Shown piece by piece: positions 50,187-61,135 of a DNA stretch of 64,000 bases. Made by a program: the position numbers and the translations under genes. The stretch's first letter is position 1; each line of letters begins with the position of its first letter. The notes below the pieces were generated by a model. It was not told the origin of the DNA and searched no databases. It saw only the letters and a program-made list of their open reading frames with translations. This DNA is from an uncultured delta proteobacterium (GTDB lineage: Bacteria; Desulfobacterota; Binatia; Binatales; Binataceae): positions 2,752,001 through 2,816,000 of the forward strand of contig CAWJET010000001.1 in the NCBI GenBank assembly GCA_963842085.1. The letters run 5' to 3'.

Positions 50187-51614
50187 ATGACGCCTAAACA
50201 AGTTCTCCAAATGATCAAGGACAAGGGCGTGGTGATGGTCGATATCAAGTTCATCGACCTGCTCGGCACGTGGCAGCATTTCACTGCCCCGATTTCCGAG
50301 TTCAAGGATGAAGCGCCGTTCGATGAGGGCCTCGGCTTCGACGGCTCGTCGATTCGCGGCTGGCAGGCGATCGACAACAGCGACATGCTGGTGATCCCCG
50401 ATCCGGAGACGGCAGTTATGGATCCTTTCACCAAGGATCCCACGCTGAGCATGATCGCCAACATCTCCGATCCTATTACACGCGCCGACTATACGCGCGA
50501 CCCGCGCAACATCTCGCGCAAGGCCGAGGCGTACTTGAAGACCACTGGTATCGGCGACTCGGCATTCTTCGGCCCCGAGCCGGAGTTTTTCATCTTCGAC
50601 TCGCTGCGCTACGACACGACGCAGAATTCGAGCTACTACTACATTGATTCGAACGAAGGTAACTGGAACAGCGGGCGCGAGGGCGCGGTCAAGGAAGGCG
50701 CGAATCTCGGTTTCAAAGTCAAGAACAAGGCCGGCTACTTCCCGGTCCCGCCGGTGGACACCCTGCAGGACATCCGCACCGAGATGGTGCTCGAGATGGA
50801 GCGGGTAGGGATCCGGGTCGAGAAACAGCATCACGAAGTTGCCACCGCCGGCCAGGCTGAAATCGACATGCGCTTTCAGACGCTGACCAGGATGGCCGAC
50901 TGGCTGACCTGGTACAAATACATCGTCAAGAACGTCGCGGTGCGTCACGGGATGACGGCGACCTTCATGCCCAAGCCGATCTTCGGCGACAACGGCACCG
51001 GCATGCACACCCATCAGAGCATCTGGAAGGGCGAGACGCCGCTGTTCGCGGGCAACGGCTACGCCGGGATGTCGGAAACGGCGATGCACTACATCGCGGG
51101 CATCCTGCATCACGCGCCGACGATCGCGGCGTTTACCAATCCGGGGACGAACTCGTACCGCCGGCTGGTGCCGGGGTTCGAGGCGCCGATCAACCTGGCA
51201 TACTCGTCGCGCAACCGCTCGGCGTCGGTGCGAATCCCGATGTATTCGCCGTCGCCAAAGGCCAAGCGAATCGAAGTGCGGTTCCCCGACCCGACCTGCA
51301 ATCCGTACCTCGCGTTCTCGGCGATGCTGATGGCGGGAATCGACGGAATTCAGCGCCGGCTCGATCCGGGCCAGCCGCTCGACAAGGACATCTACGCACT
51401 CACGCCGGCCGAGCTGGCCGAGGTGCCGAGCATGCCCGCGTCGCTCGAGGAATCACTGGGCAACCTCAAGAAGGATCACGAGTTCCTGCTGAAGGGCGAC
51501 GTGTTCACGGAGGACCTGATCGAGACGTGGATTGAGTACAAGATGGCGAACGAAGTCAGCGCGATTCGGTTGCGGCCCCATCCGTACGAATTCGCGCTCT
51601 ATTACGACGCGTAA
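50187..51614 (+). CDS. glnA: Glutamine synthetase type I
   Basis: [54 protein letters not shown], adenylylation-type DKDIY. Confidence 0.98.
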   Translation: MTPKQVLQMIKDKGVVMVDIKFIDLLGTWQHFTAPISEFKDEAPFDEGLGFDGSSIRGWQAIDNSDMLVIPDPETAVMDPFTKDPTLSMIANISDPITRADYTRDPRNISRKAEAYLKTTGIGDSAFFGPEPEFFIFDSLRYDTTQNSSYYYIDSNEGNWNSGREGAVKEGANLGFKVKNKAGYFPVPPVDTLQDIRTEMVLEMERVGIRVEKQHHEVATAGQAEIDMRFQTLTRMADWLTWYKYIVKNVAVRHGMTATFMPKPIFGDNGTGMHTHQSIWKGETPLFAGNGYAGMSETAMHYIAGILHHAPTIAAFTNPGTNSYRRLVPGFEAPINLAYSSRNRSASVRIPMYSPSPKAKRIEVRFPDPTCNPYLAFSAMLMAGIDGIQRRLDPGQPLDKDIYALTPAELAEVPSMPASLEESLGNLKKDHEFLLKGDVFTEDLIETWIEYKMANEVSAIRLRPHPYEFALYYDA

Positions 51615-51640
51615 GCACACCACTGCGCGCCGACAAAACG

Positions 51641-51673
51641 AAGTGGCGGGCCAAATGGCCCGCCGCTTTTTTT
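51641..51673 (+). terminator. Rho-independent terminator after glnA
   Basis: GCGGGCCA-AA-TGGCCCGC stem followed by a T7 tract. Confidence 0.85.
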
Positions 51674-51706
51674 CTGTCTCGGACAGAATTGCCGGCGTGA
51701 TGCTTT

Positions 51707-51751
51707 GTCATCCTGACGAAGCGAGCGAACGCGAGCGGCAGGAAGGATCTC
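51707..51751 (+). repeat. REP-like element GTCATCCTGA...GAAGGATCTC
   Basis: Same GTCAT[TC]C[AT]GA start as the 42630 and 44097 elements; lies between convergent genes. Confidence 0.5.
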
Positions 51752-51825
51752 GGACAGCTGCGCGTAAGCGCAGCCGGTACCGGTTTTGAAATCGCGAAGC
51801 GGTCCTTACGACGCCGTGACCGGGC

Positions 51826-54423
51826 TCAGACCGAGTTGTCGCGTGCGAGCGCTTCGACCTTTTCGAGCCGCTCCTGCAACTTCTTATTGTCCTCGCGAAG
51901 CTTGTCGAGGTCTTCGCGGAGTCTCTGGCCCTCCTCGACGCGGCTGCGGCCCTCGCCGATCGACGCGATCGCGTCGTTCGCATGGCGCTGCACGCGGCCG
52001 TCGAGATCGCGATCAGCCAGCCGTCGCAGGGCGGGCAGCGCGCGCGGGTCGCCAATCTCGGCAAAGGCGGACGGGATACGCATCCGCACCATGAATTCGC
52101 GATCGTCGACGAGCGGAGTCATGAAATCGAGAATTTCGATGCGCCGGTTGTCTTTGAGCGCCGCAAATCGCGCCAGCGCACCCACCGCGGCCACGCGAGC
52201 CCGCGGCGGTTGGCCGTAAGCCGAGCAATCGCGGGCGACGTCGATCGCGCGCTCGTCGCGCAGCTCGGCCATCCCGGACAACGCGTGCGTTCGTATCACA
52301 TCGAGATACGAGTCGCGCCCGAGGGCTTCGGTCAGATGGACGAATGCGCGTTCGTCACGCGTCTTGCCGAGTGCGAGGACCGCCTCGGCCTCGACGAAGT
52401 AGCTTTCGTCGCCGGCCGCGACGACGCCGGCCAGCGCCGACGCCGCTCGCGCGTCGCCGCGGAAATTGCCGAGTGCGCGCACGACGGCGCGGCGCGCCTT
52501 CGGATGCGGCAGCTTGAGTCCTTCGAGCAGTGCGTCGAGCGCGGCGGTCGTTCGAATCGCGCCGAGCGCGGTCGCCGCGTCTGCCTGCACGCCCCAGAAC
52601 TTGTCGGTGAGCATCGTGTCGCGCAGAGCCGCGGTGGCCTGCGGGCTACCCTCGGTACCGAGCTCGCGCGCGGCTGCGGCGCGGCCGATCGCTTCAGGAG
52701 CATGGCGCATTTCGGTTTCGAGCGCCTCGCGTCCGCGCTTGTGCTTGAGGGTCTTCAGGATGTCGTGTTCGGGATCGAAGCGCACCGCCTTGGGCGCCTT
52801 GTCCATCACAAAATTAAAGCCCTGCTCGCGGTCCTTGATTTCGACGCGATGGCGGGTCTCATGACCGTCGGCATCCATCAGCGCAATCGTGACGGGAAAG
52901 CTGAACGCGGAAACAATCGCGTCGCCCGTCTTATGCGTCTGCTTGACCGTGACGCTGAGCAGTTTTTTCTTGTCGTCGAAGGAACTGGAAACCTCGATTT
53001 CAGGATGCCCTTCCTTGTACACCCACTGGTCGAAGAAAAAATCGAGGTTGCGGCCGGTCGTGTCCTCGAACGCGCGCTGCAAGTCCTGCGTGATCACGTT
53101 GGCGCCGCGATGCCGCGTGCAATAGAGGTTGAGCGACTTGAAGAACAGATCGTCGCCGGTGACGCGACGCAGCATGTGCAGGACCAGGCTGCCTTTTTCG
53201 TAGAGATGACGATCGAACAATTCGATCGGCGTGCGATAGCGGTTGCATACGATCGGGCGGCGGTAGCGATTCGCGTCCTCGTCGAGGTAGCCTTCGCGAT
53301 CCTGCCGGACATTCCACGCGAACTCGTCGGCGCCGAGATTTTCCTCGCACCAGAGCGCCTCGAAATATGTCGCGAAGCCCTCGTTGAGCCACGCGTGCGC
53401 CCAATCGCGGCAGGTCAGCAGATCGCCCCACCATTGATGAGCGAGCTCGTGCGCGACCAGCGGATCGCTCTTGACGTCGAGATGCGCGCGCGCGTCGTGC
53501 AGGGTGTCGGCGGTTTGCGTGGTCGCTGAGGTGTTTTCCATCCCGCCGAAAATAAAATCGTTGACCGCCACCTGCGCATACTTGGCGTACGGATAGGGCA
53601 CGCCGATCGCACGCTCGAAGAACTGGATCATCTTGGGTGTGTTGCCAAACGCGCGGCGCGCGTCGTCATCGCGCCCGGGCGCAACGTAGTAGGTGACGGG
53701 GACGTTGCCGGCGCGTTCCTCAATCATCGTGAACTCGCCGGCGGCCAGCGTGATCAGATATGACGAGTGCGGCACGTCATGACGCCAGTGGAAGGTGCGG
53801 GTCTTCGCCGCGGCATTGGATGACGTGCCGACCAAGGCGCCGTTGGAAACCGCCGTGAACTTTTCGGGCACAGTTGCGATGATCTCGCTGGTGGTTCGAT
53901 TGTTCGGATAGTCGTAGCAGGGGAACCAGTAGCGCGAGTCCTCGTCTTCGCCCTGCGTCCAGGCTTGCGGCGGCTTGTTCGGATAGCCGGCATCAGGGCC
54001 GACAAAATATAGTCCGCGCCGCGGCTGGCCCGCGTAGTCGATCGCGATTTCGATTTCTTCGCCGGCGCCGAGCGCGCGCGGCAGCGCGATCCGCAGCTTG
54101 CCGTCGGCGGTCTCGAATGTGGCGGGTTCGCCACCCTCGCGCACCGCGCGAATATCGAGTTCGGCGGCGTCGAATTCGAGACGCTCGAGCGGACCGGCGA
54201 TCGCGGACAGCCGATGGGTCGCGGTGCCGGCGATTTTTTTCGCGTCGAAGTCGAGCGTGACTTCGAGCTTGATATGCTTGATGTTGGCGGCGCGATCGCG
54301 CGCCCATTTTGCCTCGACGTGCTCGGGCTGAAACGCGCGGCGTCCACGGGCGAAGGCGACGGTAAAGGCCTCGCGATCGCCAAGCTCCATCGCCAATTGG
54401 TCGAGAAATCGCGGCTTGTGCAT
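51826..54423 (-). CDS. M1 family aminopeptidase with HEAT repeats and C-terminal coiled coil
   Basis: GGMEN, HELAHQWWGD...WLNEGFA (HExxH-18-E), YEKG; HEAT-like repeats. Confidence 0.92.
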   Translation of the reverse strand: MHKPRFLDQLAMELGDREAFTVAFARGRRAFQPEHVEAKWARDRAANIKHIKLEVTLDFDAKKIAGTATHRLSAIAGPLERLEFDAAELDIRAVREGGEPATFETADGKLRIALPRALGAGEEIEIAIDYAGQPRRGLYFVGPDAGYPNKPPQAWTQGEDEDSRYWFPCYDYPNNRTTSEIIATVPEKFTAVSNGALVGTSSNAAAKTRTFHWRHDVPHSSYLITLAAGEFTMIEERAGNVPVTYYVAPGRDDDARRAFGNTPKMIQFFERAIGVPYPYAKYAQVAVNDFIFGGMENTSATTQTADTLHDARAHLDVKSDPLVAHELAHQWWGDLLTCRDWAHAWLNEGFATYFEALWCEENLGADEFAWNVRQDREGYLDEDANRYRRPIVCNRYRTPIELFDRHLYEKGSLVLHMLRRVTGDDLFFKSLNLYCTRHRGANVITQDLQRAFEDTTGRNLDFFFDQWVYKEGHPEIEVSSSFDDKKKLLSVTVKQTHKTGDAIVSAFSFPVTIALMDADGHETRHRVEIKDREQGFNFVMDKAPKAVRFDPEHDILKTLKHKRGREALETEMRHAPEAIGRAAAARELGTEGSPQATAALRDTMLTDKFWGVQADAATALGAIRTTAALDALLEGLKLPHPKARRAVVRALGNFRGDARAASALAGVVAAGDESYFVEAEAVLALGKTRDERAFVHLTEALGRDSYLDVIRTHALSGMAELRDERAIDVARDCSAYGQPPRARVAAVGALARFAALKDNRRIEILDFMTPLVDDREFMVRMRIPSAFAEIGDPRALPALRRLADRDLDGRVQRHANDAIASIGEGRSRVEEGQRLREDLDKLREDNKKLQERLEKVEALARDNSV

Positions 54424-54477
54424 GGCCGTGATGTTATGAACCGCGCTGCCCGCGCGCAAACGCGAAAGTTCAGTTTT

Positions 54478-56061
54478 TCACTTCGTCTCGATGATGATGG
54501 CTTCGTTCGGCGCGAGCGTTAGTGGAGATTTCGTCGCGCCGGCTGAACGCGCGGCGATCGTGCTCAGCAGGATTCTGCCGGCAGGCATCGCGATCTCGCG
54601 CGGCTCGGCGGTGAAATTCAGCGCGACGATCAGATGCTGCGCGGGCGTATCGCGATGGAACACCAGGCAATCTTCGCGCGCGCCGTCGAAAGCGCGATAG
54701 CTGCCCTCGACCATCGCCGGCGTTGATTTGCGGATTTGGATGAGCCGGCGATAGAGCGAGAGCATCGAGTGCGGATCGTTCAACTGGCGCGCGACATTGA
54801 CGCCCTTGAAGTCCCCGCATGGCAGCCAGGTTTTAGCGCTTGCCGAGAACCCGCCGTTACGGGCGTCGGACCATTGCATCGGTGAGCGGCAACCGTCGCG
54901 CCCGACCGGATCGCGTTTGCGAGCGGCGGGAATTTTCGCATCGCGCATTCCGATTTCCTCGCCGTAGTAAACGAAGGGTGTGCCGCGGAATGCGAAAAGC
55001 ATCACGGCCGCGACGCGCGCACGCGCATCACCGTCGCCGTCGCGCGAGTAGCGCGAGATGTGCCGCGGAAAATCGTGATTCGACAGCGTCCAGGTGGGCC
55101 ACGCGCCGGGTCCGAAGGATTTTTCAGTCAGCTCGATCGCGGCGCGGAAGCGGCGCGCGTCGTAGCGCGCGAGCAGAAAGCGGAAGTTGAACGCGAGCTG
55201 CAGTTCGTCGGGACGCAGATAGTCGGCCAGCCGCGCCTGCTCGCGCGGCCACGTCTCGCCCACCAGTATGCGATCCCTGTAACTGTCCGAGACGCGACGG
55301 AACCCGCGAATGATGTCATGCACCTCGGGACGGTCATGGCTGTAGAGCGGATCCTGCGTGCCCTTCGCGTACCACGGGATATCAGGGTCGCTGGCAGTGC
55401 GGACCGGATTGTCACGAAACTCGGCGTCCTTGATAAGACCGGCGATCACGTCGACCCGAAAACCGTCGGCGCCGCGCTCGAGCCAGAAGCGGATGACGTC
55501 GTGCATTGCCTCGCCCACTTCGGCATTTCGAAAATTCAGGTCGGGCTGCTGCTCGAGGAACATGTGCAGGTACCATGCCGCGGTCGCGCGATCGTACTGC
55601 CACGCCCGACCGCCGAAGTTGCTTTGCCAATTGTTGGGCGGGCGATCCGGCGCGCCGGCAATCCAGATGTACCAGTCGCGTTTCGGATTGCCCTGCGACG
55701 CTCGCGACTCGATGAACCATGGATGCTCGTGCGAGGTATGGTTTGGCACCAGGTCGACGATCACGCGGATGCCACGGCGGTGCGCCTCGGCGACCAGGCG
55801 GTCGAACGCCGCGAGGTCGCCAAGCTCCGGATGGATGCCGCAGTAGTCGCTGACGTCGTAGCCCCAGTCGTAGAGCGGCGAAGGGTTGATCGGGTTCAGC
55901 CAGATGGCGTCGATGCCGAGCGAGTTCGGCGTGCCGTCATTGAGGTAGTCGAGGTGTGCGGTGATACCGTCGAGATCGCCGATGCCATCGCCGTTCGAGT
56001 CGGCAAAGGAGCGCGGGTAGATTTGATAGAAGACGGCGCGCTGCCACCATTGAAGAGCCAT
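54478..56061 (-). CDS. GH13 alpha-glucosidase
   Basis: YQIYPRSFADSNGDGIGDL, DLVPNHTS, DGFRVDV, VGE, LSNHD, YYGEEIG, GRDGCRSPMQW. Confidence 0.93.
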   Translation of the reverse strand: MALQWWQRAVFYQIYPRSFADSNGDGIGDLDGITAHLDYLNDGTPNSLGIDAIWLNPINPSPLYDWGYDVSDYCGIHPELGDLAAFDRLVAEAHRRGIRVIVDLVPNHTSHEHPWFIESRASQGNPKRDWYIWIAGAPDRPPNNWQSNFGGRAWQYDRATAAWYLHMFLEQQPDLNFRNAEVGEAMHDVIRFWLERGADGFRVDVIAGLIKDAEFRDNPVRTASDPDIPWYAKGTQDPLYSHDRPEVHDIIRGFRRVSDSYRDRILVGETWPREQARLADYLRPDELQLAFNFRFLLARYDARRFRAAIELTEKSFGPGAWPTWTLSNHDFPRHISRYSRDGDGDARARVAAVMLFAFRGTPFVYYGEEIGMRDAKIPAARKRDPVGRDGCRSPMQWSDARNGGFSASAKTWLPCGDFKGVNVARQLNDPHSMLSLYRRLIQIRKSTPAMVEGSYRAFDGAREDCLVFHRDTPAQHLIVALNFTAEPREIAMPAGRILLSTIAARSAGATKSPLTLAPNEAIIIETK

Positions 56062-56083
56062 CGCACGGTTCGCGGCGGCGCGA

Positions 56084-57244
56084 TCAGGCGCAGCGCGAGC
56101 CCATCATGTCGGCGAAGTTGGTGGCGTAGAATTTTTCCTTGGCGTCCTCCGAGAGATTCGGCGTCGACAGCGCGAAGCGCTTGAGCGGATTGCGCCCGCC
56201 CTCGATGTGCGGGTAGTCCGACGAAAACATGCACAGCTCCGGGCCCGCCTGCTCGACGATCCATCCCACGGGCTCGTGCGGATAGGGCGTAAAGCGCAGA
56301 TTGCGCCGCACGTAGTCCGACGCCTTCATCGGCAAGCGCAGATATCTTTCCGACTTCACGAAAGTCTCCTGTGAGATGTCGAGCCGCCGCAGCCACGGCC
56401 CGATCCACATCGCGCCCTGCTCGATGCATCCGCCGCGCAGCCGCGGGAACTGCTCGAACATGCCGTCGAGCACCATCGTCGAGAGAAAGATCTCCGGCAT
56501 CACGTGGATCGCCATGAAATCTTTGGACCGGATGTTCTCGCCGCCGCCCAGGAAGTCGGTCACCGGGCGATCGTTGTTGTGAAATGCGCGGGGGATCGTG
56601 CGGCCGCCGCCGCCAATGTGCAGCACGAAGGGAACGTCGGCGTCCTGCAGGCGCCCCCATACGCCGTTGTAGTCGGGGTGAGTCGGAGACTTCTTGCCGG
56701 GCGGTAGCGAGGGGATGTGGATTGCGGCGCATCCCAACCGAATCGCCTCGTCGATCTCCTTTTCGGCAAGCTCGGGAAGGTCCAGCGGCACGAAGCCGAC
56801 CGCGAGCAGCCGCTTGTCACCGCGGCAGAAGTCGGCGATGGCGCGGTTGTGCGCGCGCGTGCCGCCGTAGAGGACCTCGGGCGTCGAACGGACCTGGTCG
56901 AACTCACCCCAGAAATGCGTGGTGGCGAAGGTGGTGAAAACCAACTGCGAGCTGAAGCCGAGCAGATCGAGCGCGCGGCTGCGTTCGTCGGGGTCGAAAG
57001 CGCCGAGCGCTTCCCATCCCTTGCGCAGCATCAGGTTCTGCTCCGCGTCGGCGACGGCGGCGGGATCGTTGTGGCGGTCGGTGGCATGCGCGATCGCCTT
57101 CTCGACCAGCCGGCCGCCCGAGCCGATCGCGAGCGGATGCAGCTTCGCGCGGATGTCGGGGTCGGCGTAGGAAATCATCCAGTCCCGGGTCTCCATGATG
57201 TGGCTGTCGGCGTCGTTGAAGATTCGGCCTTCGGCGTATGGCAT
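56084..57244 (-). CDS. Amidohydrolase family 2 protein
   Basis: DADSH, LHIG, FSSDYPHIEG. Confidence 0.9.
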   Translation of the reverse strand: MPYAEGRIFNDADSHIMETRDWMISYADPDIRAKLHPLAIGSGGRLVEKAIAHATDRHNDPAAVADAEQNLMLRKGWEALGAFDPDERSRALDLLGFSSQLVFTTFATTHFWGEFDQVRSTPEVLYGGTRAHNRAIADFCRGDKRLLAVGFVPLDLPELAEKEIDEAIRLGCAAIHIPSLPPGKKSPTHPDYNGVWGRLQDADVPFVLHIGGGGRTIPRAFHNNDRPVTDFLGGGENIRSKDFMAIHVMPEIFLSTMVLDGMFEQFPRLRGGCIEQGAMWIGPWLRRLDISQETFVKSERYLRLPMKASDYVRRNLRFTPYPHEPVGWIVEQAGPELCMFSSDYPHIEGGRNPLKRFALSTPNLSEDAKEKFYATNFADMMGSRCA

Positions 57245-57348
57245 CGCGATAACCTCGGCGCGCGTCGAATTCGCGCGGCGGCCCGCCTGCGCGTTTCGGC
57301 TTCAAGATAATGGAGGAAACGTGTGTCGTACAGAGGCGAGGGCGACGC

Positions 57349-57594
57349 TCACTTCTGCGTGAAGCCGAGATCGTTCAGGCGGTCGCGCGCGTCCTTGGCG
57401 GCGTCGCGATGAACCATCAAGCGCGTCGGCACGGCGGCAGTCGTGCCGAGCAGCCGCGACGAGGCCGCGTCGAAGACGAACGACTCGATGCCGGCTTCGT
57501 TCAGGTAATCATGCGCCATCCGGACCGGGGTCGGGTCGATGCTGGCGAATATTTCCTCGAGTTCGGATGGGTCGGGCGTTTCTTTGTCGGGCAT
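57349..57594 (-). CDS. DUF2007-like small protein
   Basis: MAHDYLNEAGIESFVFD...RLMVH..AAKDAR..L. Confidence 0.75.
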   Translation of the reverse strand: MPDKETPDPSELEEIFASIDPTPVRMAHDYLNEAGIESFVFDAASSRLLGTTAAVPTRLMVHRDAAKDARDRLNDLGFTQK

Positions 57595-57621
57595 TCGGTT
57601 CTGTGCCTGCTCGCGAAGCTG

Positions 57622-58257
57622 TCAATTGGCGGAGGTCGATGCTGACGTCATTCCCTTCACCCGATTATAGATGAGGGCGGCGGCGCCGACTACCAACAGT
57701 ATCGCGATCAGTGCGTCGAAGCGATGAAAATACGGCGCGAGGTCCTTCCACTGCTGCCCGAGTTTCATCCCGCCGTACGCCAGCGCGAGACACCATATGT
57801 ACGACCCGATCAGCGTGTAGATGGTGAACGGGAGAAGTCTCATCCGCGACACGCCCGCCGGAAACGCGATGAAGGTGCGCACCACCGGCAACATCCGGCT
57901 CCAGAAAACGGTGTGCGAACCCCATCGCTCGAAAAAGCGGTCGGCGATTTCGAGTTCGTGCTCGGCGATGAGGACATACTTGCCGTAGCGCTCGATGAAC
58001 GGGCGTCCGCCCCGGGAGCCGACGAAATATGCGACGTATGAGCCGAGCAGGCATCCCACGGCGCCCGCGATCGCGACCATATTCAGACCGAAGCGGCCGG
58101 TCGCGACCAGGTAGCCCGAGAACGGCATGATTATTTCGGAGGGCAGCGGGATGCATGCGCTTTCGATCGCCATCATCAGGACGACACCGCCATAGCCGAG
58201 CGCGGAAATCGTCGCGATGATGAGGGCAGAGAGCCCGGAAATGATTTTATCGATCAT
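57622..58257 (-). CDS. DedA family membrane protein
   Basis: IESACIPLPSEIIMPFSG, FFERWG, RMLPVVRTFI.FPAG. Confidence 0.94.
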   Translation of the reverse strand: MIDKIISGLSALIIATISALGYGGVVLMMAIESACIPLPSEIIMPFSGYLVATGRFGLNMVAIAGAVGCLLGSYVAYFVGSRGGRPFIERYGKYVLIAEHELEIADRFFERWGSHTVFWSRMLPVVRTFIAFPAGVSRMRLLPFTIYTLIGSYIWCLALAYGGMKLGQQWKDLAPYFHRFDALIAILLVVGAAALIYNRVKGMTSASTSAN

Positions 58258-58428
58258 TTATTCGATGCGCTCTTCTTACGAAAGCGCAAGCGCACACAGT
58301 GGCATGGTGCGAGGCTGGTTGCGAGACGGCGAACGGCTCAAGCAACACGTGCGCGGGCTTGAACATAAAATGTCGCATACTGTAGATATGTTGAACGCAA
58401 ACGTCACCAACCAGTCGAGGAAACTTCG

Positions 58429-59760
58429 ATGGCAAATAACACGCTGACCATCACCGACAATCGCACCGGCAAAAAATACGAGCTGCCGATCGAAGAGGGC
58501 GGGGTGATTCGCGCCGCCGATTTGCGCCAGATTAGAACCGGCGCCGACGACTTCGGCCTGATGTCCTACGATCCGGCGTTCACCAACACCGCCTCCTGCC
58601 GCAGCCGCATCACCTTCATCGACGGCGACAAGGGAATCCTGCGCTACCGCGGATATCCGATCGAAGAACTCGCCGAGAAAAGCAACTACCTCGAGACCGC
58701 GTACCTGATCGTCAAGGGCGAGCTGCCGGACAAGGAGCACTACGCGCGCTGGGAAAACAACATCACGATTCACACGATGGTGCACGAGAATATCAAGAAG
58801 TTCATGGAGGGCTACCGCTACGACGCGCATCCGATGGGCATGCTGCTCGGTACGGTCGGCGCGCTCTCGACCTTTTATCCCGACGCGAGCGATATTCACG
58901 ACCTCGAATCGCGCCGGCTGCAGACCCGCCGGCTGATCGGCAAAATGCCCACGCTGGCGGCGTTCGCCTATCGGCATACGCGTGGGCTGCCCTACGTCTA
59001 TCCCGACAACGAGCTCAGCTATACCGGCAACCTGCTCGCGATGCTGTTCAAAATGACGGAGCTCAAGTACCAGCCGAACCCGGTGCTCGAGCGCGCGCTT
59101 GACGTGCTGTTCATCCTGCACGCCGATCACGAGCAGAACTGCTCCGCCAATGCGATGCGCGCGGTGGGCAGCTCGCAGCCCGATCCGTATGCCTGCGCGG
59201 CGGCGGCGATCGCCGCGCTTTACGGCCCTCTGCATGGTGGCGCGAACGAAGCCGCCATCCGGATGCTGATGGAAATCGGTTCGGTCTCAAATGTCCCCGC
59301 GATGATCAGGAAGGTGAAAGAGGGCGAGCGCCGGCTGATGGGTTTTGGGCATCGCGTGTACAAGAATTACGATCCGCGCGCGAAGATTCTCAAGGAGATG
59401 GCGGCGCAGGTATTCGCGGTGACGGGGCGCAACCCGCTGATCGATATTGCGATCGAGCTGGAACGAATCGCCCTGCAGGACGACTACTTCATCATGCACA
59501 AACTGTATCCCAACGTCGATTTCTACTCGGGGATAATTTACCAGGCGATGGGTTTCCCGATGACGATGTTTCCCGTGCTGTTCGCGATTCCGCGGACTTC
59601 GGGATGGATGGCGCAGTGGGCGGAGATGGTGCGCGATTCCGAACAAAAGATCGCCCGCCCGCGTCAGGTTTACGTCGGCGAATCGACCCGGCACTACACC
59701 CCGGTAGAATCGCGCCCCAAGCCAACGCAGCGCGAAGATGCGGTGAGCGAAGCAATCTAA
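58429..59760 (+). CDS. gltA: Citrate synthase
   Basis: YDPAFTNTASC, LHADHEQNCS, GPLHGGANEA, LMGFGHRVYKNYDPRA, YPNVDFYSG. Confidence 0.97.
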   Translation: MANNTLTITDNRTGKKYELPIEEGGVIRAADLRQIRTGADDFGLMSYDPAFTNTASCRSRITFIDGDKGILRYRGYPIEELAEKSNYLETAYLIVKGELPDKEHYARWENNITIHTMVHENIKKFMEGYRYDAHPMGMLLGTVGALSTFYPDASDIHDLESRRLQTRRLIGKMPTLAAFAYRHTRGLPYVYPDNELSYTGNLLAMLFKMTELKYQPNPVLERALDVLFILHADHEQNCSANAMRAVGSSQPDPYACAAAAIAALYGPLHGGANEAAIRMLMEIGSVSNVPAMIRKVKEGERRLMGFGHRVYKNYDPRAKILKEMAAQVFAVTGRNPLIDIAIELERIALQDDYFIMHKLYPNVDFYSGIIYQAMGFPMTMFPVLFAIPRTSGWMAQWAEMVRDSEQKIARPRQVYVGESTRHYTPVESRPKPTQREDAVSEAI

Positions 59761-59911
59761 CGATAGTTAGATAATTTCAAAAGCGTCGCGCGGCCGCTGT
59801 TGGCAACTGCGCAATCCAAGGTTGGCCTAAGGCGCAATTCCCTGCTATGAGTAGTGGAGGCGCTTCGATGAACTTCAGGGGCGCCAAATCAAGAAGGACG
59901 GCGGTGCTGCG

Positions 59912-61075
59912 ATGGGAAAAAACGGCGGCAAGCCAGCTGATACCATCCTGACGCTTGAAGAAGCGCTTATGCGCTTCAAGCGCAAGAGGGAAGCTGGCGC
60001 AGAAACCAGGAGCGAGGCGGTCCCGGACTCCAACGTCTATCAGGCTGACTTTTCTGCCACGGTCAAGCGTGAGGACCAGGAGATTCCGGCGGGCAGCCTT
60101 AAGGCGGCAGATGACAGCGCGAGTGCGAGTGCTTCCGCTCAGCACGACGAACCGAACGCCGCGATGCCGGCGGGCGAAGATATCGTCGCGGTGATCGAAG
60201 GCATTCCGCGCACGCTCGAGGAACTCGAGCGAATCGCGGCTGCTGAACAGGCTTACGAGCAGGACTTTCCCGAGACAGCGCTCGTGAGTGCCGAGGTCGA
60301 AGACGACGCAGAGCTTGGCGCGATGGACGGCGTGGCGCTCGCCGATCGCGGCGCCCTTATTCGCGACTACGCGTTCACCGCGATGGGCACGGCATTGATG
60401 GTGTTGGTCGCGTTCCTGATGACGCGCGTGCCAATCGTCAATAACCGGCCAACGTTGGTCGCGCAGAGCATCGCGACGCCGGCGCTCAAGGCATCCGAGC
60501 CGATGAGCGCGGAGGACCTGATAGCGACCTGGGTCATAATCCCGGATTCCGACGTGCAACTGGCGTCGGCTTCGCACCGGCTCAAATCCGACGAGCTCGA
60601 GGCCCGGATCAAGGACACGCTCAAATCGGTTGCCTTCCCGGATATCGGCGTATCTGTGTCAAAGCACGGCGACGCGTACCTGGCGGGCGAAGTCTACAGC
60701 CTTGACGAGGCGCGCAGGATCAGCCAAATCGTGCACCGGGTAAACGGTGTGAACCGGGTTCACTTTCTGCATCCCGATGTTCGAGTCCCGGTGGGTCCCG
60801 CTTACTTTGGCGTGACGACGGCGTGGGCCCCCGACGTCTGGGGGGCGAAGGTGCGGGCCGTGTTCATCGGGTCGCCGGCGGACAAGGCCGGCATCCAGCC
60901 GGGCGACGTCATCAGCGAGTTTGACGGCCAGACGATCCCCGATGGGAAAACACTTAGTCATCTGCTCGCGCAGTATTCTCCCGGGCAGCGCGTGCAATTC
61001 CGGGTATGGCATGACGGCCAGCCCGAGTACCTGGTAGCGCGGATGGGCGAGCTGGCGACGGTGGCAAGCCGGTAA
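59912..61075 (+). CDS. Single-TM protein with acidic N-terminus, BON and PDZ domains
   Basis: TM near residue 155-170; BON-like (ELEARIKDTL...AYLAGEV...VNGVNRV); PDZ (YFGV...GSPADKAGIQPGDVISEFDG). Confidence 0.8.
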   Translation: MGKNGGKPADTILTLEEALMRFKRKREAGAETRSEAVPDSNVYQADFSATVKREDQEIPAGSLKAADDSASASASAQHDEPNAAMPAGEDIVAVIEGIPRTLEELERIAAAEQAYEQDFPETALVSAEVEDDAELGAMDGVALADRGALIRDYAFTAMGTALMVLVAFLMTRVPIVNNRPTLVAQSIATPALKASEPMSAEDLIATWVIIPDSDVQLASASHRLKSDELEARIKDTLKSVAFPDIGVSVSKHGDAYLAGEVYSLDEARRISQIVHRVNGVNRVHFLHPDVRVPVGPAYFGVTTAWAPDVWGAKVRAVFIGSPADKAGIQPGDVISEFDGQTIPDGKTLSHLLAQYSPGQRVQFRVWHDGQPEYLVARMGELATVASR

Positions 61076-61104
61076 AGCAGCGGCGCTTTTCTTGTGAGTG
61101 ATTC

Positions 61105-61131
61105 AGGGGCGGTCTATCGACCGCCCCTTTT
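61105..61131 (+). terminator. Terminator between convergent genes
   Basis: AGGGGCGGTC-TATC-GACCGCCCCT followed by TTT. Confidence 0.8.
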
Positions 61132-61135
61132 CTTG

